A stretch of DNA of 64,000 nucleotides from Macrostomum lignano. Its lineage: Eukaryota. A program made the position numbers and the translations under genes. The stretch is from the NCBI GenBank assembly GCA_002269645.1, contig NIVC01000986.1, positions 1 through 64,000 of the forward strand, read 5' to 3'. The notes beneath the pieces were generated by a model that worked only from the letters and a program-made list of their open reading frames with translations, was not told the origin of the DNA and searched no databases. This document shows positions 25,643 through 36,844 of the stretch, one piece after another (position 1 is the stretch's first letter; each line of letters begins with the position of its first letter).

Positions 25643-26192
25643 GCTCCTTTGTTCGATTCTCTCTGGTCTGTGGACATGCCTTTCTGTTTATGACGCTAGC
25701 TGTGGCAGTTCGAATTTTCACATGTTGGAGGGCAAAATTTTCTATGGATTAATGTGCACGAATTATTTTGTAAGACTCCTTCAAACGTGTTTTCGGGGGA
25801 GCCCGAAAATCTTTTTTTCAGTTTTGTCTTTGTGATACTTGAGTATTTGTTGAACGGTTTCTTTGAAAAGCAGCACCTTCCTGCCAGCTCACTCCATCAG
25901 AGTCCCGATCGGATCCCTTGCCAATCTCATTTTTGCTCTCGATCAACATCTGAAGACTTTATGTGTGTTTGAGAATTAACGGATTGTTAAGAATTTTATT
26001 ACGCTCGTATTAATGGGTAATGCAATTTTACCCACATTCAGGTCCTGAAAGCCTTTTATTACTAATAAACCGAATAAAACTGATAAAACTGTTCGCTTCG
26101 TACAAACTGGATGAAGTTTTTAATAGACTCGTACACCTTTCCGTTCATAATTTAACAAAACTCTTATTCTATTTCGGCAATTAGATATTCTA

Positions 26193-26223
26193 CTAGTATG
26201 GCGGACCCGATTCGCGGGTCCGC
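26193..26223 (-). other. Possible Helitron 3' terminus (GC hairpin + CTAG|T)
   Basis: A 9-bp stem GCGGACCCG/CGGGTCCGC is followed on - by CATA-CTAG-T. No matching 5' end was found. Confidence 0.3.
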
Positions 26224-26730
26224 GTTTTGTTACGAGCTAGCTACAAGAAGGCCTTTCATTACACCGATTCAAAAATCAAAATCGGTTCGGAACTTTTCAT
26301 TTCGACGGTTCCGTTTCTAGAATCAGTTCCAGAACCGTGACCAAAATCAATACAGAGATGTCCACTTAGTTTCGGACTTCACCAGTTCCGTATGAGTCGT
26401 AAATAGTCACAATTTGTCCCAAATACTCGCCGAATAATCTAGCACCAGAAGTCGACTATGCAGGCGTTGTGTCGCAGAAAAAAAGAGTTCCTTAGAGAGT
26501 TCTTAGATCACTCCAGAAGCTGATTAATTTGCTTGTAATTTCACTTGTATTTATATACTGCTAAGAACACGGTGTGACGGTTTGAGCTTTTGTAGATCGT
26601 TTCGTGTGCCCTCGTTGTGAAAGTCTTTACAAAGTAAAGTCAGGAAAATGAAAGCAAAGGCGAACATTTGCATTTTATCTTTGATAATACGAAATTACGA
26701 AATTATAATTTATTAGTCAATTTACGCGCG

Positions 26731-26762
26731 ACATGTTTCGACGAACACTCGGCATCTTCAGG
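26731..26762 (-). ncRNA. Minimal hammerhead-ribozyme-like motif in the PLE pseudo-LTR (second copy at 44951-44981 on +, core mutated)
   Basis: CTGAAGA-TGCCGAGTGTTCGTC-GAAAC gives a CUGANGA...GAAA core with a short stem II (one mismatch). PLE pLTRs are known to carry minimal hammerheads. Confidence 0.55.
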
Positions 26763-27141
26763 TAAGGCAATAATATATTTTCAGAGAGCTAGTAAATCAT
26801 TTAAAGTCTAGTAGGTCAAAAAGATTGTAAGAATGGGTAACCGAGTTAGATGGCCCTAAATAAGAGGCAAGCGCATGGGGTCAGAACACCCTTAGATAGA
26901 CACTCGCCCCTCTACCACCAAGTTGGATGTTCATGGTGGGCTTTAGCTGTTTAATGTACAACGCCTCAAGAGTAGACAACTTCAAACTCTGGCGATTACG
27001 ATCGATAGGGTCGAGTTGTCCATCTTCACCCAGGTGTTCATGTCCCTTGCACTTACTGATCAAGCACTCGACGTCAGCCTGGATGTCCCTGGCGGCGGGC
27101 GTGGCGCCAGAACATTAAATACATTAAATTAAATACATATT

Positions 27142-27996
27142 TTGCCTAACATTAAATTCACTGCTGAGATTGGTGACAAAATTTTAAACTTTCTCGATGT
27201 CACTGCTCACCACAATGGCCGCAACCTCGAAACGTCTGTTTATCGCAAGAAAACGTTTACTGGGCTCATGCTCAACTACCGTGCCATTTGCACCAACTCT
27301 TGGAAGGTTGGTTTGATTCGCGGTTTGCTGCACCGGGCTTACCGTGTGTGCAGCTCATGGCTTACGTTCCATAAAGAGCTGACTCAGGTCAAACAGATCT
27401 TCAGATCTAACAACCATCCTGGCGAGCTGATTGACGCTGAAATTAAGGAATTCTTGAACAAGAAAATGAACAAGAAAATTGACACCATGGAAAATGTTAA
27501 GAACGACAGAGTTTCCCGTTCCAATATCATTCAAGTGCCATACATTGGGCTGCCTAGCCTTAGGTTCTGCCGTAAAATAACGGCCATCTGCCATGCCCAC
27601 CTGAACACTAAGGTCTCCCCTGTGCTCTATACTACGAAGGTGTCGCAATACGTCCAAAGACTCAATTGCAGTGTACCGAAAACCTTGTGTGCGGGAGTTA
27701 TCTACAAAGTCTCGTGCGTTGCTGACCAACGCCGGTTTTACATAGGTAAAACCGAAAGGCACCTACACACAAGGGTAAAGGAGCATTGTACAAGAGCTAG
27801 CGCTGTGTACGACCACCTCCTGATGTGCAATCAATTTGCTAAAGTTAGAAATGCTGAGAAATTTGAAATTATCGATCGTAATCGCCAGAGTTTGAAGTTG
27901 TCTACTCTTGAGGCGTTGTACATTAAACAGCTAAAGCCCACCATGAACATCCAACTTGGTGGTAGAGGGGCGAGTGTCTATCTAAGGGTGTTCTGA
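27142..27996 (+). CDS. PLE ORF C-terminal part: RT thumb + GIY-YIG endonuclease
   Basis: IKFTAE...LNFLDV...TSVYRKKTFTG...LLHRAYRVCS; GVIYKVSC...FYIGKTERHLHTRVKEH...LEALYI...N. Confidence 0.92.
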   Translation: MPNIKFTAEIGDKILNFLDVTAHHNGRNLETSVYRKKTFTGLMLNYRAICTNSWKVGLIRGLLHRAYRVCSSWLTFHKELTQVKQIFRSNNHPGELIDAEIKEFLNKKMNKKIDTMENVKNDRVSRSNIIQVPYIGLPSLRFCRKITAICHAHLNTKVSPVLYTTKVSQYVQRLNCSVPKTLCAGVIYKVSCVADQRRFYIGKTERHLHTRVKEHCTRASAVYDHLLMCNQFAKVRNAEKFEIIDRNRQSLKLSTLEALYIKQLKPTMNIQLGGRGASVYLRVF

Positions 27997-28046
27997 CCCC
28001 ATGCGCTTGCCTCTTATTTAGGGCCATCTAACTCGGTTACCCATTC

Positions 28047-28325
28047 AGTAGAAGGCATGAGGGGGCTTCTGGGACAAAATTTTTCACCTCCTCCATAATC
28101 CCATTAAATCCATCTATATTATCCCTGACAGAATCAGAAAAAAGGGGGGTCGCACTCGCTCACAAAACGTCCTCCATAATCCCATTAAATCCATCCATAT
28201 TATCCCCGACAGAATCATGAAAAAGTGGAGGGGTCGCACTTGCTCCGAAAACTTCGAACATAATCGTATTAAATCCATCCATATTATCCCTGACAGAATC
28301 AGTGCATAACAGATGTCCACTAACA
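28047..28325 (+). repeat. Left TIR (279 bp; diverged extension to ~28438)
   Basis: Reverse complement of 44596-44875 except one A6/A7 run; contains three ~83-bp subrepeats. Confidence 0.95.
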
Positions 28326-28445
28326 AATAATCTGCATTCTTCTCCCCACATTCAATCCAAAGCGGCGAAACCAGATCCCAAAGACTTTAAATCCCCTAAC
28401 CCAGGGTCCTTACCCTTTGGAAAAAAATCTAAATTCTCAATAAAA

Positions 28446-28688
28446 ATGTTTCCAGTCGTCTCTCCAGGTTCTTATTACAAAGCGCACGAGCCTAATTACA
28501 AGAGCAAGTACCAATGCAAACTAGAATGCAGCGAGTACATGAGAAAATATTGGCCCGACGTTGATATCAATGTCCCTAATATTAATCTAGCTCTCCAAAG
28601 ACACTGGTTTCATAAGTATGGAGTAACCTACGTAAAATATTACGACAGCTACTATAACTTTGCAGAAATCATTAGGCAATTGCGTTAA
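28446..28688 (+). CDS. Small Tyr-rich Polinton ORF (80 aa), unknown function
   Basis: AAAAATG start context as in other element genes; MFPVVSPGSYYKAHEP... Confidence 0.5.
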   Translation: MFPVVSPGSYYKAHEPNYKSKYQCKLECSEYMRKYWPDVDINVPNINLALQRHWFHKYGVTYVKYYDSYYNFAEIIRQLR

Positions 28689-28810
28689 ACAACCGAAAGG
28701 CCAAAAAGCCGAAAGGCCAAAAGGCCAAAAGGCCAAAAGGCCAAAATCGTTTGCATTCTGGCCTTGCGCGAGGCCGAAATCCTTTGCATTCTGGCCTTCC
28801 CTCGAGACGG

Positions 28811-28867
28811 AATTCTTCCTCGGCTGGGCTCAGTTAAAGTAAAAATCTCTCTCCCCCCACGCGCGCT
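28811..28867. repeat. 57-bp inner inverted repeat (partner 41803-41859)
   Basis: AATTCTTCCTCGGCTGGGCTCAGTTAAAGT(A/G)AAAATCTCTCTCCCCC(C/A)ACGCGCGCT, 2 mismatches. Confidence 0.92.
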
Positions 28868-29346
28868 CTCTCTACCCCCATATCTTTCAAGAGCCTTCCC
28901 AATTCATTGTTAGGAGCGCACAAAATAAACCCTGATCCCGAGCACTCCGCACACCCACCCTCTCTCCCCAAACACCCACCCTCGTCGTCGATCCCCAACC
29001 CCAACTTAGACTTACCAAAAATAACCGCCTTGACTAATTTCCTAGCAATCGACTCACGAAATCCGCTTGAAGCCCCCATATGGTCTAATCTCCTAAGCAT
29101 TTCTTTGTCCCACCGATTCTTCTCCTCAGGAAAATCTCTATACTTAACGTCGTGCCACATGCAGACAGAGTCTAGCTCGTTCACAGGCTCATGACCAGGA
29201 TGTGGATTATTGTTTTTATCTAACTGTATTTCAAGTGGATTCAAAGGCCCGCAATATTTATAGCCGGGAAGTGTCCAGCCTTTGTTTGGATGAGGAAGCT
29301 TTTCTATCAGTCCATGTGAATCTAACTTACCACCAGAGCGTTGCAT
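28834..29346 (-). CDS. Parvovirus-VP1-type phospholipase A2 virion protein
   Basis: LPGYKYCGPLN Ca-loop and EPVNELDSVCMWHDVKY catalytic HD; C-terminal KSKLGLG. Confidence 0.9.
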   Translation of the reverse strand: MQRSGGKLDSHGLIEKLPHPNKGWTLPGYKYCGPLNPLEIQLDKNNNPHPGHEPVNELDSVCMWHDVKYRDFPEEKNRWDKEMLRRLDHMGASSGFRESIARKLVKAVIFGKSKLGLGIDDEGGCLGREGGCAECSGSGFILCAPNNELGRLLKDMGVERARVGGERFLL

Positions 29347-29376
29347 TATTTTATTTTAAATTTTCTTTTTAAAAAA

Positions 29377-30372
29377 ATGACAGATCAGAAACTTAAAAAA
29401 CTCTACTACAGCGACAAAGGATTCTTTGTAGGAAAAAATGCAGTCACCAAACTCGCAGAACTAAGTAAGGAACCAAAAGCTAAAGTAGAAAAGTGGCTCT
29501 CTAAGCAAGCAGTCTACCAAGTCTATTTCCCACCAGTAAAATTTGAAAGGCCCCATTTCAGTATTTATAAACCTAATGAGGCGCACCAAGCAGATCTTCT
29601 GTTTCTCCCCAATGACTCGGGCTACAAGTATGCTCTCACAATTACAGACGTTGCCTCCAGATATAAGGAAGCGAGACCGCTTAAGACGAAGAAGTCAGAA
29701 GCAGTTGCAACCGCACTCCAAGATATTTATAAAAACTCACCCCTTAGTTACCCCCAAATCTTTATGACTGACCCGGGTAAAGAATTCTTTGGGGCAGTCA
29801 AATCCCTTATGGAAAAGAAAAATACAGAGATTCGCTATGGCAGAACTGAGCTCCACAGAGACCAGGCTTTTGTGGAAAGATTCAATCTAACTCTAGCCAA
29901 GAGGCTATTCACTAAGCAGACAGCTGAAGAGCTGAAACTAAAAAGTGGTCAGTACTATTCAAAATGGACAGACCGGCTCCCCACTGTTCTAGAGCAACTG
30001 AACAATGAAGTCACGCGCATGACTGGATTGAAACCATCCCATGCAATTAAACAAGACACTGTCGAACTTAAGTCATCTCATAGAACAGACACCTCAAACT
30101 ACCCTAAGCTTCCAGGAGTTGAATCACCATACATACTGACAAACTCTGAGTTTCTACGCTTTTTATATCTACCTGGAGAGCTAGAGAAGGACACTAAAAG
30201 AAGAGCTACAGATCCATACTTCAGCCTTGATGTACATAAAATAGACAGACATTTTACCTCCGACTCCGGTGACTATTACTTTTTATCTCAAGCCTTTAAC
30301 CCTAAATCCCCCACACGGTCATTCACTAGAGCTGAACTCCTAGTGATACCAGCTGACACGGAAATTAATTAA
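29377..30372 (+). CDS. Retroviral-type (rve) DDE integrase
   Basis: HQADLLF...LTITDVASRY, MTDPGKEF, AFVERFNLTL. The ATG at 29377 is preferred over the TTG at 29341. Confidence 0.93.
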   Translation: MTDQKLKKLYYSDKGFFVGKNAVTKLAELSKEPKAKVEKWLSKQAVYQVYFPPVKFERPHFSIYKPNEAHQADLLFLPNDSGYKYALTITDVASRYKEARPLKTKKSEAVATALQDIYKNSPLSYPQIFMTDPGKEFFGAVKSLMEKKNTEIRYGRTELHRDQAFVERFNLTLAKRLFTKQTAEELKLKSGQYYSKWTDRLPTVLEQLNNEVTRMTGLKPSHAIKQDTVELKSSHRTDTSNYPKLPGVESPYILTNSEFLRFLYLPGELEKDTKRRATDPYFSLDVHKIDRHFTSDSGDYYFLSQAFNPKSPTRSFTRAELLVIPADTEIN

Positions 30373-30388
30373 AATATTAAAATAAAAA

Positions 30389-30835
30389 ATGACAAAGATT
30401 GAAACCAGAACCATCAATAAACTCAATAAAATCATTGAATCAAAGAAACCAGGTCTTATATCAATTAAAGGTATCAAAGTAAAAATCGATCCCACGCAGC
30501 AAATAGTTCAGTGTAATGAACAAAGACACAGCATCACAGATGAAAAGTCAGGAGGAATCCTACCATTAGCAGCTCTTATTCCGATCATTGCAGGCGCTGT
30601 AAGTGCCGCAGGTGGTGTAGCTGGAGGTGTAGCAACTGCTGTTAAAGCTGGTAATGATAGAGCCCACCAGCTTGAATTGCAAAAGATTGCAAGAGACAAA
30701 GGTATAACAATTAAGGCAGGAGAGGGCTGCCCCGATCGTGATGATTGTGAGCATGAAAATTCTGTAAGCAAGTCTGACATTGTCAAAGCCATCATGACAC
30801 TGCACAATGCTGGGTTTACAATAATGCGGATGTGA
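30389..30835 (+). CDS. Core/membrane-active protein with adenovirus pX-like hydrophobic peptide
   Basis: SGG-ILPLAALIPIIAGAVSAAGGVA parallels adenovirus pX MRGG-ILPLLIPLIAAAIGAVPGIA (recalled sequence). Confidence 0.7.
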   Translation: MTKIETRTINKLNKIIESKKPGLISIKGIKVKIDPTQQIVQCNEQRHSITDEKSGGILPLAALIPIIAGAVSAAGGVAGGVATAVKAGNDRAHQLELQKIARDKGITIKAGEGCPDRDDCEHENSVSKSDIVKAIMTLHNAGFTIMRM

Positions 30836-30971
30836 ATGCGGATGTGATGAGGTTTAAAACCCCACTTTATCCAGCTTCATAAACCTAACGCTACTGATAG
30901 GGTGTAGAAACAGTTCAACTTTTCTATCAGGGTGGTCACCCTCAAAAATTTTTTTTATTTTATAGAAAAAA

Positions 30972-33900
30972 ATGCCAAAAGCTAATCCAGCAAAAGATTT
31001 AGTCAACAAATATTTTTCAAAAGGCGTCTCATTTCAAGACAAAAGTAATTTACTAAGAGAAGCATGTAAACAAACGTTTAACACCGACCCTGGTCACCTG
31101 GGAAGCTATGAAAAACAGTTGGAAATCATCAAACAATTAGAATCCAACCAGTATGCGCCTATAAAAAATCCTGCAAAGGAACACCAAGAGAGGAGTCGCA
31201 ACTTAGTTAACAAATACGAAACTCTCACTGGTGAAAAAGCAAAGTACCCACAAAATAAGCAGGAACAAGAGAAATTAGAGCAATTAATCCATTTAAAAGA
31301 GTCGGAGCTTGCCATTGAAGAGATTAATTTTGCACAGAGGAAGTTTACAGAACATTACATAGAGTACACAATCCCAATTAAGGATACCACCGCAAACATC
31401 TACGACTATAAAGACAGCATCCAATCAGTTGTTGATCACACACTCAAAACACGCAAGACCTTTAAACTACAGATATCATTCAAGATTGCGTTTTATATGC
31501 CTGCGAAACCCACTGAGCATCTCGAGTATTACATGACAACAAAGGCAAAGCCATTCACCCCAACAGACACACTGGATCCTTTCCTTCAAGATGTCAATAA
31601 GAAAATTGAAGCGTTTACATCCAGAGGTTCCGGATGGGTCGTGGGAGGGATTCAAAGAGCGACTGTCATGGTCATGAAATATGACCCACTTAAAGCCTCC
31701 TCTTATATAGAGCTCCCGCATAAGCTAGCCGGCAAAAAAGCTTGCATAAATGTTAAAAATAAAGACAATTGCTGTGCCCTATGGGCAGTTCTTTCTGCAC
31801 TTCTTCATGATAGTGTCCCTCACCACCCCGAAAGAACCTCAAATTATCAAAATTATTTCAACTACTATCTCATCGAATGTGAAAAGAAGGGAATCAGGTT
31901 TGACAAAGGAGGCTTGGCGATTTCTCAGATCCCAAAGCTAGAAGAAGTGTTTAATAACAAAATTAGAATCACAGTCTTTGAGTGGAGTGAAAAAACTGAG
32001 ATAGTTCAACTGGTCAGATGTAGCAAAGACGTTTTAGATCCTGAGGGAAAAAGGCGGACTGAAGTGGATCTTCTAGTGATTGGTAATTTACTAGAGGAGG
32101 CTCACTATGTTTGGATTAAAGATCTTTCAAGACTCATTCACAAGCAGTTGAATAATCATCACGAGGCTGTTGCCATCTGCCGCTTGTGCCTTAAGCATTA
32201 CAGTGGACCTGAACGCTTTGAAAAGCTAACAGAGCATGAATTATCATGCGAGGATCACCCAACAAACTGCTCTCTTCCTTCAGCTGAAGAGAAGTATCTC
32301 CGGTTTAAGAACTATCACAAGATGGAGAAGCTCCCATTTGTTGTATATGCTGATTTCGAATGCTCAATCGTGCCGGAAACTCAAGAACAAACTCAAACAC
32401 AAAAACAAACTCAAACTCGAAGACATGTCCCCAATTCAGTAGCATATGCCTTTATTAATACAAAAGGACTTGTTGAGTCTAATTATTTCATTGGAGAGCA
32501 GTGTGTGGAGCAGTTTATTGCCAGAATGTTAGAGTTGCAAAAAGTGATTAGCACCCTTCAACCTGTTCCAATAATGATGACTGAGGAGGATGAACGTAAT
32601 TTCCTATCAGCAACTCATTGCCACATCTGCAGGAAACATTTAACTTGCACTGATGTTAAAAACCCCACCGTTAGGGACCACTGCCACTTTACTGGGAAAT
32701 TTAGAGGTGCAGCGCATAACACCTGTAATCTAAAGCTAAAATCGAACATTCATGATCTAACGATATTTTGTCACAACGCAAAAAACTATGACATGCATTT
32801 AATAGTTGAAAAAATCGGCATGATTCCAGACATACACCTTGACTGCATCGCAGAGAACAAGGAGAAGTTTAAGTGTGTTGATATTAAACAGGATAATTCG
32901 GGTACAGGTAAAATAAGACTGAAGGATTCATATCAATTTCTAGCTGCCAGTCTAGACGAACTAAGCAAGAATCTAAAAGATGAACAATGTACATATACAA
33001 AGATGTTTGCAAGTAAAATTTACAACAGTGATGAATCATTTAAACTCCTGAGAACCAAAGGCTTCTACCCCTATGAAAATATTACTGGGTATCACGTATT
33101 TGAAGAAGGTTTACCACCACAGGAGAAGTTCTTTTCAAAGCTAACAGACTCTGGAATCTCTGACAAAGACTATGAGCACGCGAAGCATGTCTATAATTAC
33201 TTTAATTGTCAAAACTTCTTCCAGTATCACCTGCTTTACCTCTTCACAGATGTGTTTCTGCTGGCTGATGTGTTTGAAACCTTCAGATACACCTGGTACA
33301 CAGCATATGGCCTCGATCCAGCACATTATGTGTCTCTGCCTGCCACTAGCTGGGAATCTTTGCTTAAAATGAAATGGGATCAAGATCCAGATTGGTACAT
33401 TGAACTTCTTACAGACATTGACATGTACAATTTTGTCGAATCGTCAAAGCGAGGGGGATCTCAATTTGCACCATAGATATGCAAAAGCAAACAATCCCTA
33501 CATTGAATCTTACAATAAGGAGCAGCCCTCAAACTACATTACTTACTTGGACGCTAATAATCTCTACGGGTGGGCGATGAGTCAAGATCTTCCAGTTAGA
33601 GATTTTCGATGGCTACCCTCATCAGAATTCAAACAGGACTTTTCATTGGCTGCCATTTATGAGGTTGATGTTTACATTCCACCAGAGCTTCACGACTATT
33701 TCTCTGACTTTCCACCCTTCCCAGAGAACATAAGTGCCCGAAAATAATCGAAACTCCCAATGATAATAATGGAACTTGGCACCTGTCAGGAACAGAAAAA
33801 GAACATACAGAGAAACTAACACAGAATCTAAACAACAAGACACGTTATAAAATCCATTACAAACTGCTTCAGTATTTTATCTCACTTGGTTGTAGGGTCA

Positions 33901-34817
33901 CCAAAGTTCACAGGGCTCTTACATTTACAGAGGAAGCGTGGATGAAACCCTACATTGATAAGAACACCCAGTTTAGGACCAAAGCAACCAACGACTTTGA
34001 CAAGAACCTCTTTAAGTTGGCCAACAACTCTGTCTATGGCAAGACTCTTGAGAATGAGCGGAAAAGAACAAACCTGAAACTTGTTACCTCATCAGAGCCT
34101 GCTGTTATTCAGGCAAATATGTCAAAGCCAACATTCAAAGAACTCCATATCTTTAATAGCTACTTAGGTGTGATCATATTTTACAAAACCAAGGTGACGC
34201 TGCGCAAGCGATCTATACAGGTGTCACTGTACTCGACGAATCAAAACGTCTGATGTACCAGTTCTTCTATGGCATGAAGCAGCAGTACAAGGATAAAATG
34301 AAACTCTTGTACACTGACACAGACAGTTTTATTATGACATTCAAACAGAAGACATTTATCAGGACATGCTGCAGCAAAAAGTTGTTTGACTTGTCTGAGT
34401 ATGATGAATCTTTCAGGACACAGAATGGCGATCAAGTGTTTGACGCACTAACAAGAAAGTGATTGGGAAAATGAAGGACGAGATTGCTGGTGACATAATC
34501 ACTGAATTCATTGGGTTGAGAGCAAAGTCCTATTTTGTAAAATGTGAGTCGTCAGACCCAATTAAAAAATCAAAGGGAATTCCGAAACGTGGTGTAGGAA
34601 GGAAATTAATGAAGCTAAATACAGAGACGCCTTGAATTGCAACAAAAAGACATCACATGAGTTCTCAAAGCTACAATCTAAAAACCATATTATTCACACA
34701 ATTCAGCAAAAGAAGATTGGACTGTCAGGTGCAGATAACAAGAGATTCATTTTTGATGACAATATTAACAGTCTACCGTTCGGGCACTGGAGATTAGGTT
34801 TAGGAGGTGGAGGTTAG
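30972..34817 (+). CDS. Protein-primed DNA polymerase B (terminal-protein, exonuclease and polymerase domains); several frameshifts after 33450
   Basis: Exo YADFE, HNAKNYD, YLFTDVFLL; zinc module CHICRK...VRDHCHFTGKFRGAAHNTCNL; Pol A YLDANNLYGWAM, Pol B KLANNSVYGK, Pol C LLYTDTDSF; C-terminus DNKR...LPFGH. Confidence 0.95.
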
Positions 34818-34900
34818 ATTCGGGCACTGGAGATTAGGAGATTGGAGGTTGGGTTTAGATTTAAGAGAAGTTTAATAAACCTCATAAAAATGACATAAAA

Positions 34901-35280
34901 ATGACGACAAATAACTTTCTTGAAGATTTGGCTAACGAACTGGAAATCCCAACTTTAGAGGAATATTTATGAGGGACACTCTGCCTGATTTTCCTCTAAG
35001 AAAGGAATGCGGCATCATGAACTTTGACACCACCGATAAGCCAGGATTCATTGGGTTTGCTGGGTGATTGATCCGATCGCAAGCACAAGTGTTATTACTT
35101 CGATAGCTATGGGACGGCAGTACCAGAAGAGCTAAGAAATTATATGAAGGGAAAAAATAATAAAAAAATTTATCGCTCAGACTTTATTCTCCAAGGTCTT
35201 AGCAGTGATATTTGCGGTGAGCTGTGCATGATTGCAATACAAAAGACCTACAAGGAAATTATTCTTGCTGTGTTTCATAG
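34901..35280 (+). CDS. Adenain-like cysteine (maturation) protease, frameshifted
   Basis: Across frames: FRGIFMRDTLP...ECGIMNFD...HWVCW...YYFDSYG...Q.LSSDICGELC (His/Asp/Gln/Cys set). Confidence 0.85.
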
Positions 35281-35283
35281 GGT

Positions 35284-35920
35284 TCATTGTGCATTTCTCG
35301 TCGTCCTTCTTGCCGAATTCTTTCCACATAATGTTGAAAAACTTTCTTCATTTTTGTCTGACTCATGTCATCAGTACCGACCATGTTCATTCGAATTGAT
35401 TGTTCATAAAGATCCTGAATGGTTTTGAACTCATCCTCTGAAATGAACTTATCCTCGATTGCCCTTGAAATGTACCCTATGATTGAGTGTGCACCCTTTC
35501 TCTTTTACTTGCTTCCTGTAGCTGCTTTAGTTTTTTTCGCCTGTTTCGCCGCTACTGCTCCAGTAATTGCTGAAATAAGTCCACATGCAGCACCACTGAG
35601 CCGAGCGGGAATTGCGATTGGGGCTGTGATGGCTGGCAACACTGAGACAGCGCAGCAGATCCAGATAGAACAGACACAGATCCTAGAATCATATTGCTGT
35701 AGTCGAAAATTTACAGTGGTTGTCATAGCTTAATTTTCTTTGTGTTGTGGAAAATATTTTTTTCAAGATCATCACGCATTTTTTGAATCTCCACCAGTCG
35801 AAACTGCTGAGAGTTACAAGTAATGACGGGGTAGAGTTTTTGTTGCTCATATTGGGGTGCACTAGGTGCTGTGGGTGCTGTGGGAGCATTCGGATCATAA
35901 AGAGAATTTTGAGCATCCAT
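35284..35920 (-). CDS. Polinton membrane-associated protein, frameshifted
   Basis: MDAQ...KLYP...FRLVEIQKMRDDLEK; hydrophobic VSVLPAITAPIAIP...GLISAITG; ISRAIEDKFISEDEF. I recognise this pattern from Polintons. Confidence 0.6.
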
Positions 35921-36033
35921 TTTTAGAGAATTTTTAAAAAAAATTGACAACTCGTTGGTGGTGGTTGGATTTGTTTTACGTTTAATTGTTTCGTCTGCAG
36001 TTGGCGCCAGCAGGTCTCTTCGAATCTACCTAT

Positions 36034-36828
36034 TTATTTGTCTATGCGCTCCATTCTACACTTGATCTCAAACAAACCGGTTGGCTCACGAAATTTTGGG
36101 TTAGTGGTCAAACTGGTTGGCTCACGAAATTTGTGGTCAGTGGTCAAGTCGGTTGGATCACTTATTTCCCTTGTGGTCTGTGGTGCCTCTTCAACAGTAT
36201 CAATATCAGGAAGATTGTGTACTCCCTCAAGACGACTGATTCTTCTCAACGATTTCTGCCATTCGGTAAAAATTAAATCTAAATAGACTTTAATTGCATC
36301 AAGTCTTTCTTTAATTCTATCATGCAACGCTGTTGACTGGTTCATGAACTCTTCTAAATTATTGACTTTAACTGTGTTGGTTGCGACGTTTTCTTTAATT
36401 CTATCATGCAACGCTGTTGACTGGTTCATGAACTCTTCTAAATTATTCACTTTAGCTGTGTTTGTGAAAACTCCTCCTTCGAGAATACGCATCCGTCTAT
36501 CAGTGGAATTTCCCAGAAGATTAACTGATGATCTCAAGCCGTTGATTAGCGAGACTATCGAAGTTATTTCTGACCTTAGTTCATTAGTTGCGTTTAACAA
36601 CGGCGCATAAAGCTTATCACTTTCAAACTTCTGCCTAGCTACTTTAAGCCTGAGATCTTCCATGTTGATTTGCAACTGGTGCATGGAGCGCTCTAGGGCT
36701 TTCAGTCTGTTTTTATTCAGTTTGATCTCTGGGATCTCTTCATCAATGTTAATGTAGCGCTTGTCAAGGAAGGAATTTGTGAGAGTGCTGTTGCCAGAAA
36801 TGGATTCACCTGCAAAGTTTATCGACAT
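36034..36828 (-). CDS. Coiled-coil protein (candidate fibre/spike), 264 aa
   Basis: Long heptad pattern, a 78-bp internal duplication (TNT.KVNNLEEFMNQSTALHDRIKE x2), 12-aa C-terminal repeats, and an A-rich ATG context. Confidence 0.6.
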   Translation of the reverse strand: MSINFAGESISGNSTLTNSFLDKRYINIDEEIPEIKLNKNRLKALERSMHQLQINMEDLRLKVARQKFESDKLYAPLLNATNELRSEITSIVSLINGLRSSVNLLGNSTDRRMRILEGGVFTNTAKVNNLEEFMNQSTALHDRIKENVATNTVKVNNLEEFMNQSTALHDRIKERLDAIKVYLDLIFTEWQKSLRRISRLEGVHNLPDIDTVEEAPQTTREISDPTDLTTDHKFREPTSLTTNPKFREPTGLFEIKCRMERIDK

Positions 36829-36844
36829 CTTTTAATAGCAAATT

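Noticed and set aside
28114-28351. ORFs within the TIRs (mirrored at 44546-44915)
   Set aside because: They arise from TIR subrepeats, lack ATG context and are broken by the A6/A7 difference.
24224-36828. Functional link between host MGAT1 and the sequon-bearing Polinton protein
   Set aside because: The proximity is explained by insertion into a Penelope copy, and the viral protein has no signal peptide.
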